Source: Euprymna scolopes
Taxonomy: Eukaryota
Length of the DNA stretch: 64,000 nt
NCBI GenBank assembly: GCA_053919585.1
Contig: JBSSHM010000097.1
Strand: one strand, 5' to 3'
Shown: piece by piece, positions 32,295 to 41,267 of the stretch
How the letters are laid out: each line of letters starts with the position of its first letter
Numbering within the stretch: the first letter of the stretch is position 1
Translations under genes and position numbers: made by a program
Notes under the pieces: model-generated
The model's input: the letters and a program-made list of their open reading frames with translations, nothing else
The model's database searches: none
Told to the model about the DNA's origin: nothing

Positions 32295-32828
32295 TTATCG
32301 GCTTTTGCTTAATGCACGTTTGATTCGTACCGGTAGATCTTCGAGTTTAACGGTGTTTAACAAATCGCTGTTTGCAATAATCCAACCAATGCTGATGCGT
32401 TTATTAGGATTGGAGGTTAACATGCAGTTGCGTGCAATTGCCATGGTTTTTACGCCACCTTCTAAAATGGCAAAAATAATTTGTTGTTTATGGTTGTTGT
32501 AGATTTTATTAATATAGTTAAGAAAATCTCCACCTGAGGTACATATATCTGCTCGTTTAATACTTTGGTTGGTTTCTAAAATGCGTAATTTATCTGGATA
32601 AGAGATAACGACAAGACCTTCCCCTCCATTTGTCCAGCTTACTTTGAACTCAGCATTTTCAGTTGAGCGTTCAAGCATGGCTTGGATATCTTCAGAGATA
32701 ACTAGGTTTATGAGTGCATAGAGAATAATTAATAGTGCTAATGTGCCACCAAATATTTCCACCATGGGGGCATCAATAACATTATCAATTTGATTTTTTC
32801 TGCGGTTTCTTCGTGAAAACCTATACAT
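32295..32828 (-). CDS. Bitopic ExbD/TolR-like protein
   Basis: Basic N-terminus, then APMVEIFGGTLALLIIL TM with an acidic residue; overlaps the stop of the MotA/TolQ gene. Confidence 0.6.
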   Translation of the reverse strand: MYRFSRRNRRKNQIDNVIDAPMVEIFGGTLALLIILYALINLVISEDIQAMLERSTENAEFKVSWTNGGEGLVVISYPDKLRILETNQSIKRADICTSGGDFLNYINKIYNNHKQQIIFAILEGGVKTMAIARNCMLTSNPNKRISIGWIIANSDLLNTVKLEDLPVRIKRALSKSR

Positions 32829-33885
32829 TTGAGTGAGTTATTTCGTGAGTGGTTGGTGCATTGATGGAAACAGGATTTTGCTCAAATTGTGAGAGTAATT
32901 TTTCTTCCCATCGGGCAATAAGTGTTTGTAAGAGGGTAAGGGTGACAGAAAGAGTCAGGGCAATGAGTGTTGTATCAAAAGCAATGCCAAGTGGAGAAAG
33001 TGCTTCAGAGAGTAGCTGACTATAATTTGATTCTGAGGTGGCAAGTAAGTCAGAGAGTCCTTCTGTAGCAAGAGAAATTCCAAGTACGGTGCCAATAAAA
33101 CCGAGAATGGGAATTGCCCAGTTGATGTATTTTGGTATGGCATAAAAGCTATCGAGTTGTTGCCAGCATAGTTCAATGAGTTTATTTTTGTTGTTTGATG
33201 TTTTGCTGGATTGATAAAGTTTCGCTAAGGCTTGAGCACGATTTTTTACCATGTAGAGATAAATAGTGATAAGCTTGCCAAGAATTAAAATAAGTCCCCA
33301 AAAAAACAATAGTAAGGTTAGGGGTGGAATAATGCCTCGGGTAAGAAATTTTGTAGCAATAATTTTTAGTACACCAGTATCTATGTTGTACATAATGATG
33401 AGCAGGGCATTCACAATAATGATTCCGATAATGAGACTGATAATCAGTGATGGACCTTGAAAAATACGCTGGACTTTTTCACTCACTGATAACTCATCTT
33501 CTGTTTTATTGAAGCGTATGAGATGCATTTGTAGTGTACTGGCAAGCAGCAGGCTAAAAAGTAGGGTGAGTAGATGGTTAACCAATGTAATGGATTCACC
33601 TTGTAGGATATCTTGCCATAAGTTTGCTGAAGTTCCACTAATAACAATTAGCAGGGTACTTAAGGTACTCCAATAGCTTATATTAATTGCACCTGGGGTT
33701 CTGAGTGCAAGCACACTGGGGATGCTGAGAAGAATGATAATTGTCCAGCCAAATAACAGCATGGCTCCCATATCTGCCATTTTGTATTGTTGGATGAAGA
33801 AGTAAAAGCAGATTAGGGGAATAATAGCATTGAGTAACAGTACGGTTTTTGAAAGTCCGTTGGGTTTGTTTGATGTAGATGACAT
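32821..33885 (-). CDS. MotA/TolQ/ExbB proton-channel family protein with extra N-terminal TMs
   Basis: AIPILGFIGTVLGI and LGIAFDTTLIAL helices. Confidence 0.9.
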   Translation of the reverse strand: MSSTSNKPNGLSKTVLLLNAIIPLICFYFFIQQYKMADMGAMLLFGWTIIILLSIPSVLALRTPGAINISYWSTLSTLLIVISGTSANLWQDILQGESITLVNHLLTLLFSLLLASTLQMHLIRFNKTEDELSVSEKVQRIFQGPSLIISLIIGIIIVNALLIIMYNIDTGVLKIIATKFLTRGIIPPLTLLLFFWGLILILGKLITIYLYMVKNRAQALAKLYQSSKTSNNKNKLIELCWQQLDSFYAIPKYINWAIPILGFIGTVLGISLATEGLSDLLATSESNYSQLLSEALSPLGIAFDTTLIALTLSVTLTLLQTLIARWEEKLLSQFEQNPVSINAPTTHEITHSNV

Positions 33886-33952
33886 AGTGATTGAATTGAT
33901 TGGTTATAAGTAATTTAGTTAGTAAGATACAAAAGTAGCAATGATTGATAGG

Positions 33953-34492
33953 TTATAGATTGACAGGAATACTAAATGACCCATCTCTTCTTATTTTTGG
34001 AATAGTGTTTAATAAATTTTGTAGTTCATGGTCATCTTTTTTAACGGTTACTTTACCAATTATTCGTGAAGGTTTTTTAGAGAAATCACCAATAGCTTTA
34101 ATGGATAAAGCAGCTTGGTTATCTTGTAATTGAAAGATTATGCCATTTAAGTCAACACCAACATAGGAAAAATAATTGCCTAATTTTTTTCCAGCGACTT
34201 GCACTTGATTTAGCTCAATTTTATAAACAATTTTGAGAGACAGAAGGCGCTTGTATTCAAGCGACCAATTGATGTGAGGGACATAGGCAATAATAGGGAT
34301 ATTAGGTTTAGTGGCAATGCTACTATGACCTTTCCAAATCGTTCCTGCTGGGAGTTTGACTTGGATGGGAAGATTGATTATTTCTGGTTTAATAAATTGT
34401 TTATATACCCAGCTTGCAGGGAGATTGACAATCATAAAAATGATAAAAAATAGAATAAATAGGAGAGAGCTAAGAATGATTTTTTTAATCAT
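33953..34492 (-). CDS. gspN: Short type II secretion GspN-like protein
   Basis: TM plus NLPASWV and GTIWKG; follows gspL and gspM. Confidence 0.7.
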   Translation of the reverse strand: MIKKIILSSLLFILFFIIFMIVNLPASWVYKQFIKPEIINLPIQVKLPAGTIWKGHSSIATKPNIPIIAYVPHINWSLEYKRLLSLKIVYKIELNQVQVAGKKLGNYFSYVGVDLNGIIFQLQDNQAALSIKAIGDFSKKPSRIIGKVTVKKDDHELQNLLNTIPKIRRDGSFSIPVNL

Positions 34493-34537
34493 TTGTATAG
34501 GGTGTCTTATTAGTGGTTATTTGTCTCAATCCATCCA

Positions 34538-35065
34538 TTATTTAAATGGGGAGTTGGCTCTTTGCTTGTCATGTGTAGTTGCTAAGGTAAGTTTAGCATC
34601 TACCTTTCCTGATGTTTTGGTAGCATTCATATTAACACTTCTAAAGACGACTTGATAATCAAAATTTAATTGACTCACCCAATCAATTAATTTTTTGTAA
34701 GGAACGTTTTCAAACGTGACAATGGTTTCTTTACGTTGGTTTTGAAAAATTCTTTTTTTCCATGGGTTGAGAGAGAGTTCTTCTAGGGTTTGTTCAACAA
34801 CACTTGGCAGATTGTTGGTACTCCAGTCAAATGTTTTAGTGGTGTCAGAAAGCAAGACACTTTGCTGGTTAAACCACTGGGTAAAACGTTGCTCATTAGT
34901 TAATTGGCTTTTGAGTTTTTTATTAGAGAGAGATATAGGTTCCCATATAGCAAGATAAAAAATAAAAATAATAATCATTGGTAGGCCGATGATTATCATG
35001 ATCTGTTCACGTGGTTCACGTGTTTCATAAAATTCAATTAAGGGTTGTATGAGATCTCGAATCAT
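34538..35065 (-). CDS. gspM: Type II secretion protein M
   Basis: PREQ, TM, IWEPI, coiled coil, ENVPYKKLIDWV. Confidence 0.85.
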   Translation of the reverse strand: MIRDLIQPLIEFYETREPREQIMIIIGLPMIIIFIFYLAIWEPISLSNKKLKSQLTNEQRFTQWFNQQSVLLSDTTKTFDWSTNNLPSVVEQTLEELSLNPWKKRIFQNQRKETIVTFENVPYKKLIDWVSQLNFDYQVVFRSVNMNATKTSGKVDAKLTLATTHDKQRANSPFK

Positions 35066-35089
35066 AGTTAACTAAGTTTCATACTATTT

Positions 35090-36136
35090 CTATGTAATTT
35101 TCTTTATGCTAATAGTTGATTTTGCCTTACCATCACTATCACCAAGCGATTGGACATTAATATCCAATGTTTTATTTTCTTTAAGTTTATTGATAAAGTC
35201 TTGAATGCCGGCGACTGAATTTGATTTTACATAAATTCGTAATGCGTAATTATTGTAGTTGACTTGTGTGAGGTTGATTTTTTTGCTGTTGTCTAAGGCG
35301 GTGATAACGGCTTCTGTTAAACCAATAAAATTCACACTGTAAAATTGCTTTTGTTGATTGATTTTGCGAAATTTTTGTTCAGCTTGTGTACGTAGATTGA
35401 CAATACGTTTTTCCTCAGGAAATAAACCTTTAAATTTTTGAATATTTGCTTGTCTAGTTTTATTTATAGAGGACTCAATTTGTTGGTTTTCTAGGTAATA
35501 ATAAGCACTGAGGCTTAACCAGAGCACGCCCCCCCATGCGGCAACTTTTAGCCATGGTTGTAATAGGGTTTTGTAGGGAGTGCTTTTATTGTATTCATTT
35601 TGTAATAGATTAATTATTGAGGAACTAATGTTGATGTCGCTTTCTAATAATTCGCCATAATTTTCAGCTATAAATGGTGCTGGAATGTCTTCCTCTGGGA
35701 GTAGATTGGCGACGTCTTCTATAATATTGGGGTGTATGGCTACGGGAAGTTTATCTGGAGAATTGATCAGGCATTGATCAGGTTCAATAAGAAAGTTACT
35801 TTCTTCAGGAAGGACAAGGACATCTGGGATAAATTTTTTCGGGTTGATTCCGTGCTCAATGCATAAATCAAGCCATTGTCGTATTTTTTCATGTGAGCAT
35901 ACGACCACAAACCATTGCTCGCCAGATCTCTGCACAGCATAGTGTAAATCAGAGATGTCTTGTGCGAGTTCTTCTTCTAAGCTAAAGGCAATAATGCGTT
36001 GACATTGTGCAATGCTTTTGGCAGGTAAAGAAAGCTTGAAGAAAGATAGGTGTATAGACGGAATGAGGATAGTATGACCAATAAAGTCATCACTCATTAC
36101 AAGTTCGTGGTTAGGGGTAATTCTTGCAACATCCAT
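35090..36136 (-). CDS. gspL: Type II secretion protein L
   Basis: FSLEEELAQDISDLHYA, IPDVLVLP, INLLQ, FP...RIVNLRTQ. Confidence 0.88.
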   Translation of the reverse strand: MDVARITPNHELVMSDDFIGHTILIPSIHLSFFKLSLPAKSIAQCQRIIAFSLEEELAQDISDLHYAVQRSGEQWFVVVCSHEKIRQWLDLCIEHGINPKKFIPDVLVLPEESNFLIEPDQCLINSPDKLPVAIHPNIIEDVANLLPEEDIPAPFIAENYGELLESDINISSSIINLLQNEYNKSTPYKTLLQPWLKVAAWGGVLWLSLSAYYYLENQQIESSINKTRQANIQKFKGLFPEEKRIVNLRTQAEQKFRKINQQKQFYSVNFIGLTEAVITALDNSKKINLTQVNYNNYALRIYVKSNSVAGIQDFINKLKENKTLDINVQSLGDSDGKAKSTISIKKIT

Positions 36137-36180
36137 AGCACCTTAAATTATAACGCTTTTATGCATGAGGCTTTTGTATG

Positions 36181-37923
36181 TTATTCTTCTAAATTTAAGT
36201 AAAGTTTAGCATAATGCCCATTTTTTTTAAGCAAATCTTGATGTCTGCCTTGCTCAATAATCTTTCCTTTATCCATCACAATGATGACATCAGCATTTTT
36301 CACGGTGGAGAGTCTGTGGGCAATAATGATGGTTGTACGATTTTTTGCGATGCGTTCTATTGCTTGTTGGATCTTTTTTTCAGTTTTGTTATCTAGTGCC
36401 GAAGAGGCTTCATCAAGGATAAGGATAGAGGCATTTTTTAAGAAAGCTCTAGCTAGTGCAAGGCGTTGCCTTTGACCACCAGAGATTTTTGAGCCAGCAT
36501 CACCAATTTTTTCAGATAATTGATGTGGAAGTTTTTGTACAAATTCCCAAGCATTTGAATCAGTGAGTGCTTGGATTATGTCAGCTTCTGTGTATGTGCC
36601 TGTGTTTTTGTGCGAATCACCATATGTGATGTTTGCTTGCACTGTATCATTAAATAGGACTAATTGTTGACTCACGAGGGCAATATGTTTTCGTAGGTTA
36701 CTAAGTTTAATATCTTGAATATCGGTACCATCAAGTAATATTTGCCCTTTATCAAGATTATAGAAGCGAGCGATAAGATTGCTTAATGTGGTTTTACCAC
36801 TGCCAGATTCCCCGACAATCGCAACGGTTTGTTGTGCGTGGATGGTAAGATTGAAATTGTTGAATAGAGGGTCGCTATCTTTATAGCTAAAATAGACATT
36901 TTTAAATTCAATTTTCCCAGTAACTTGGTTGAGGGTTTGTTTGCCGAAATCTTTTTCTATTGGGTGATCAATTAATTTGAATATGCTCTCGGCTGCGGCT
37001 AATCCTTTTTGTATTTCCGGGTTAACTTTGGTGAGTTGGCGTACGGGTTCAAAAATCAAGATCATTGCTGTGATATAGGCAACAAAGCCGCCTACTGATA
37101 GGGATTCTTGTGAATTAAGCATCACGGCAAGATAAAGCACAAGTACCAAAGCCAATGCTGCCAGAATTTGCACTAAGGGGACATTAAGTGCTGTGATGCG
37201 ACGTATTTTGATGTTGTTTTTTGCTACTTCTTCGGTGGCATTGTGCATACGTTCATTTTCATATTTTTGTGCACCGTATATTTTTACTTCACGATTGCCC
37301 TCAATCCCCTCTTCAAGTACGTGTGTTAAATCGCCCATGTTTGTTTGCAAGGCTTCGGAGCTGTGTCGCATTTTTTCGGAAGCTTTTTGTACGATGAAAA
37401 ATACGATAGGTGCAATGAGCAAAATGGAAACAGAAAGCTGCCATGAGTACCAAAAAAGTAAGCCTAATAAACCAACAATTACTAGAGTATCACGGACAAT
37501 AATAATCCAAGCCTCGCTCAGTGCTGTAGCAACTTGGCTAACGTCATAAGAAATTTTTGAAATTAAGTGTCCCGGAGTTTGTTCATCGAAAACATTTAAT
37601 GGTAATCGATGAAGCTTGGCATACATTTCTTGTCGAATAGTGGCAATGGCTTTTTGTGCGACGGTTTCAGTCATTACCGCTGTGAGATAATCAGCAATTC
37701 CCCAAAGGATAAATATACCAAGTAGGGCAAGTGGAACACCAATTATATACGTCATATCTTTGGCAATAAAACTGCCATCCATAAGTGGTTCCATCATGGC
37801 TGCCATCATCGGTTGGGTGGTGGCAGAGATAATCATGGCAATGATTGCAAACGTAACTTTTCCCTTGTAAGGGCGAATGTAGGTAAGTAGACGTTGGTAT
37901 AAAAGTTGGTTTTGACGGTTCAA
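36181..37923 (-). CDS. msbA: Lipid A flippase ABC exporter
   Basis: TMD-NBD fusion, GESGSGKTT, SGGQRQR, QKGLAAAESIF. Confidence 0.9.
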   Translation of the reverse strand: MNRQNQLLYQRLLTYIRPYKGKVTFAIIAMIISATTQPMMAAMMEPLMDGSFIAKDMTYIIGVPLALLGIFILWGIADYLTAVMTETVAQKAIATIRQEMYAKLHRLPLNVFDEQTPGHLISKISYDVSQVATALSEAWIIIVRDTLVIVGLLGLLFWYSWQLSVSILLIAPIVFFIVQKASEKMRHSSEALQTNMGDLTHVLEEGIEGNREVKIYGAQKYENERMHNATEEVAKNNIKIRRITALNVPLVQILAALALVLVLYLAVMLNSQESLSVGGFVAYITAMILIFEPVRQLTKVNPEIQKGLAAAESIFKLIDHPIEKDFGKQTLNQVTGKIEFKNVYFSYKDSDPLFNNFNLTIHAQQTVAIVGESGSGKTTLSNLIARFYNLDKGQILLDGTDIQDIKLSNLRKHIALVSQQLVLFNDTVQANITYGDSHKNTGTYTEADIIQALTDSNAWEFVQKLPHQLSEKIGDAGSKISGGQRQRLALARAFLKNASILILDEASSALDNKTEKKIQQAIERIAKNRTTIIIAHRLSTVKNADVIIVMDKGKIIEQGRHQDLLKKNGHYAKLYLNLEE

Positions 37924-38309
37924 GGTATGTAGAGAAAGATTATGATTTGCTGAAGAAGTGTTTGTACAGTAAAGTCTTGTATAAAGTTGAGTGATTAATA
38001 TGCCATATTTTAATAGTGCGAGCAGTAGCTATCAATTTGTTTTTCTTTCCAAATCGTATGATTCAATATAAAATTTTGCACTTGTTAAAATCATTATTTT
38101 CAAAACATTTTTTTATTTTTTAGAGATTTAGATATTTTGATCTTGCACGCATTTATGTGTATTACTTTTACAGCAATCATAATTGCTCAACACCTATTCA
38201 CAATTTTAGTGTAAATGTCTAGAGTTTATGCGACAAATGTGAGTTTTGGATTATAATTTATTTACAAGCATTAGTTCGTTTTGCTATCTTTGTGGCATTC
38301 AGTTTTTTG

Positions 38310-38345
38310 TCATTCAAAAAGAATTCTAGAATTCTTTTTGAATGA
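38310..38345. repeat. Perfect 36-bp palindrome followed by a T-tract, upstream of glnA
   Basis: tcattcaaaaagaattct|agaattctttttgaatga. Confidence 0.9.
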
Positions 38346-38489
38346 TTTTTTTCACACTGGCTAGTTGTATCTACTGAGCAATTTGTGATGATTTTTATCT
38401 GAATGAGTCTGTGTAATGACATATTTTCAAAGTTCAAGTTTTTAAACTAATAAACTTAAATAATTATAAAAAAGGAGAGATAGGTTCTT

Positions 38490-39905
38490 ATGAGTGATAA
38501 AGTGAGAAGTATTTTAGATAAAATCACAAATGATGAGGTAGAGTTTGTTGATTTTCGTTTTACCGATACCAAAGGAAAAGAGCAACATGTTACTATTCCA
38601 TCAGATCAAATAGACGACAATTTGCTGGAAAATGGTAAAACATTTGACGGTTCTTCTATTGCAGGATGGAAGGGTATTAATAATTCTGATATGATTTTGC
38701 AACCAGATTTGGATACAGCTGTTGTTGATCCTTTTGCACAAGCTAATCAATTAAATATTCGTTGTGATATTGTTGATCCAAATGATATGGGTGGCTACAA
38801 TCGTGATCCACGTTCAATTGCTAAAAAAGCCGAAGCGTATTTAACTTCAACTGGTATTGCAGATAGCTGTTTTATTGGTCCTGAGCCAGAGTTTTTTGTA
38901 TTAGATGATGTGCGTTGGAATTCAGATGTTAATGGTTGTTTTGCAGAAGTGCATTCAGCTGAAGCAGCATGGTCATCAGCACGTAAGTCTGATGAGGGTA
39001 ACTTAGGGCATCGTCCAGCAGTAAAAGGTGGTTATTTTCCTGTTCCTCCGGTGGATTCACTTTCGGATTTTCGTGGTGAAGTTTGTCAGATTTTATCTGA
39101 AGTAGGATTAACTCCAGAAGTGCATCACCATGAAGTTGCTACTGCAGGACAATGTGAAATTGGCGTGGCTGGAAATACCTTGGTCGCTAAAGCTGATGAA
39201 GTGCAAGTATTTAAATATATTGTTCATAATGTTGCTCATTTATATGGTAAAACAGCAACTTTTATGCCAAAGCCTTTAGTTGGTGATAACGGTTCTGGGA
39301 TGCATGTGAATATTTCATTGAGCAAGCAAGGTAAAAACATTTTTGATGGAAATCAGTACGCTAGTCTTTCTGAAGAAGCACTATTTTTCATCGGTGGAAT
39401 TCTCAAGCATTCTCGAGTGCTTAATGCATTTACTAACCCAAGTACTAATTCGTATAAGAGATTGGTTCCTGGTTTTGAAGCTCCTGTAATGCTAGCATAC
39501 TCTGCTCGCAATCGTTCTGCTTCAATCCGCATTCCTTTAGCACTTAATGCTAAGGCTCGTCGTGTGGAATTGCGTTATCCTGATCCATCATCAAACCCAT
39601 ATTTGGCTTTCTCAGCTGTATTGATGGCGGGTATTGATGGAATTAAGAATAAAATTCATCCAGGTGAGCCATCGGACAAAGATTTGTATGACTTGCCACC
39701 AGAAGAAGAAGCAACGTATGCTACAGTGTGTGCATCATTAGAGGAAGCATTGGCTAGTTTACAGAAAGATGGTGAGTTTTTATTACAAGGTGATGTGTTT
39801 AGCAAAGATATGCTAGAGGGATATATAGAGTTGAAAATGCAAGAGGTTCAAAGAATGCGTGCGACAACTCATCCAATCGAATATGAAATGTATTATTCGG
39901 TATAA
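38490..39905 (+). CDS. glnA: Glutamine synthetase type I
   Basis: [40 protein letters not shown]. Confidence 0.99.
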   Translation: MSDKVRSILDKITNDEVEFVDFRFTDTKGKEQHVTIPSDQIDDNLLENGKTFDGSSIAGWKGINNSDMILQPDLDTAVVDPFAQANQLNIRCDIVDPNDMGGYNRDPRSIAKKAEAYLTSTGIADSCFIGPEPEFFVLDDVRWNSDVNGCFAEVHSAEAAWSSARKSDEGNLGHRPAVKGGYFPVPPVDSLSDFRGEVCQILSEVGLTPEVHHHEVATAGQCEIGVAGNTLVAKADEVQVFKYIVHNVAHLYGKTATFMPKPLVGDNGSGMHVNISLSKQGKNIFDGNQYASLSEEALFFIGGILKHSRVLNAFTNPSTNSYKRLVPGFEAPVMLAYSARNRSASIRIPLALNAKARRVELRYPDPSSNPYLAFSAVLMAGIDGIKNKIHPGEPSDKDLYDLPPEEEATYATVCASLEEALASLQKDGEFLLQGDVFSKDMLEGYIELKMQEVQRMRATTHPIEYEMYYSV

Positions 39906-39928
39906 CCGTCATTGATGGTTAGTGGTAC

Positions 39929-40003
39929 TGGGCTGTCGCCAAGTGGTAAGGCAACGGGTTTTGATCCCGTCATTCGCAGGTTCGAATCCTGCCAGCCCAG
40001 CCA
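39929..40003 (+). tRNA. tRNA-Gln(TTG) with encoded CCA
   Basis: Acceptor tgggctg/cagccca, anticodon arm acggg-tt-TTG-at-cccgt, T-loop gttcgaatc. Confidence 0.98.
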
Positions 40004-40094
40004 TTACTTTATCTATCGTAATGACAACATGTTCTAACAATGAAAAAGTAAGATTATCATTGTGGTTAATCAAATGAATATATAAGAAACAGTT

Positions 40095-41057
40095 ATGTCA
40101 GCTGAGTACAGTATTGCTCTTTATACGGGAAATGCCAATCCATCATTAAGTAAGGAAGTGGCAAATAGATTAACTAAAAAGCTTAGTAATGCGACTGTTT
40201 CACGTTTTAATGATAATGAAATTCATGTCCAGCTTGATGAGTCAGTAAGGGGACAGGATGTATTCATTATTCAACCTAGTGGACCGCCTAATCCATCAGA
40301 AAATTTGATGGAGATTTTAGTTATGATTGATGCGGTCAAGCGTTCATCTGCAAAGAGAATTACAGCTGTTCTTCCTTATTTTGGTTTTGGTCGTCAAGAT
40401 CGTCGTCCTTGGTCTTCTCGAGTTCCTATTACTGCACGTTTGGTTGCTAATATGCTCACAACAGCTGGAGCTGATCGTATTCTTACCATCGATTTGCATG
40501 CTGATCAAATACAAGGTTTTTTTAATATTCCAGTGGATAATGTTTATGCTTCGCCTCTTTTTGTTGATTACATCGCTAAGAAAGTTGAAACCCCAATGGT
40601 AGTTTCTCCAGATGTCGGTGGAGTAGTGAGATCCCGTGCGGTAGCAAAACAGTTAAATGCAGATTTGGCTATTATTGATAAGCGTCGTCCAGCACCGAAT
40701 GTCTCTGAGGTGATGAATATTATTGGGGAAGTTCGGGGGCGTAATTGTGTGATTTTTGATGATATTATTGATACAGCAGGAACAATTTGTAAAGCTGCTA
40801 CGGCTTTAAAAAACAATGGTGCACTTTCTGTGTATGCCTATTGTACACATGGTGTGCTTTCTAAGGATGCTGTGAGTAAAGTAGAGAAGTCGCAATTAGA
40901 TGGGTTGGTGGTTTCAAACACCATTGATGTACAAGAAAAAATTAAAAATCACAGTAAAATTGATGTGATTTGTGTTTCTAAGATGCTTGCTGACTCAATT
41001 TCAAGAATTCATCAGGAAGATTCTATTCAGTCGATGTACCCCACCTCTATGGCATAA
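40095..41057 (+). CDS. prs: Ribose-phosphate pyrophosphokinase
   Basis: DLHADQIQGFF, VSPDVGGV, DDIIDTAGT. Confidence 0.98.
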   Translation: MSAEYSIALYTGNANPSLSKEVANRLTKKLSNATVSRFNDNEIHVQLDESVRGQDVFIIQPSGPPNPSENLMEILVMIDAVKRSSAKRITAVLPYFGFGRQDRRPWSSRVPITARLVANMLTTAGADRILTIDLHADQIQGFFNIPVDNVYASPLFVDYIAKKVETPMVVSPDVGGVVRSRAVAKQLNADLAIIDKRRPAPNVSEVMNIIGEVRGRNCVIFDDIIDTAGTICKAATALKNNGALSVYAYCTHGVLSKDAVSKVEKSQLDGLVVSNTIDVQEKIKNHSKIDVICVSKMLADSISRIHQEDSIQSMYPTSMA

Positions 41058-41267
41058 AGATAGAGAATATGTTTAGGCATATTTATGGTTTATGTTAAGC
41101 TTAGCCCGTTTTTGGATAGTTGTTTTTATTCTAAGCTTTGTGATATGGGCTATACTCAGGCGTGTATTTAACATTCAAATTCATTTCTATTGGAGCTACC
41201 TTATTAGTTTTTTATTTGCTACAAGTTCAATTTTTATATTGTGGATAGTGAGTAAACTTATTGATGG

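Noticed and set aside
30414-33885. Canonical Zorya, flagellar MotAB or TonB-ExbBD system
   Set aside because: No OmpA-like peptidoglycan-binding domain, no long ZorA tail, no ZorC/D/E, no TonB and no flagellar genes.
38070-38400. Sigma54 promoter, NtrC sites or glutamine riboswitch upstream of glnA
   Set aside because: TGGCAT at ~38293 lacks the -12 TTGC; the TGCAC half-sites lack correctly spaced partners; no recognisable riboswitch core.
39929-40100. Integrative element at tRNA-Gln
   Set aside because: No integrase and no duplicated tRNA 3' end noticed; prs follows directly.
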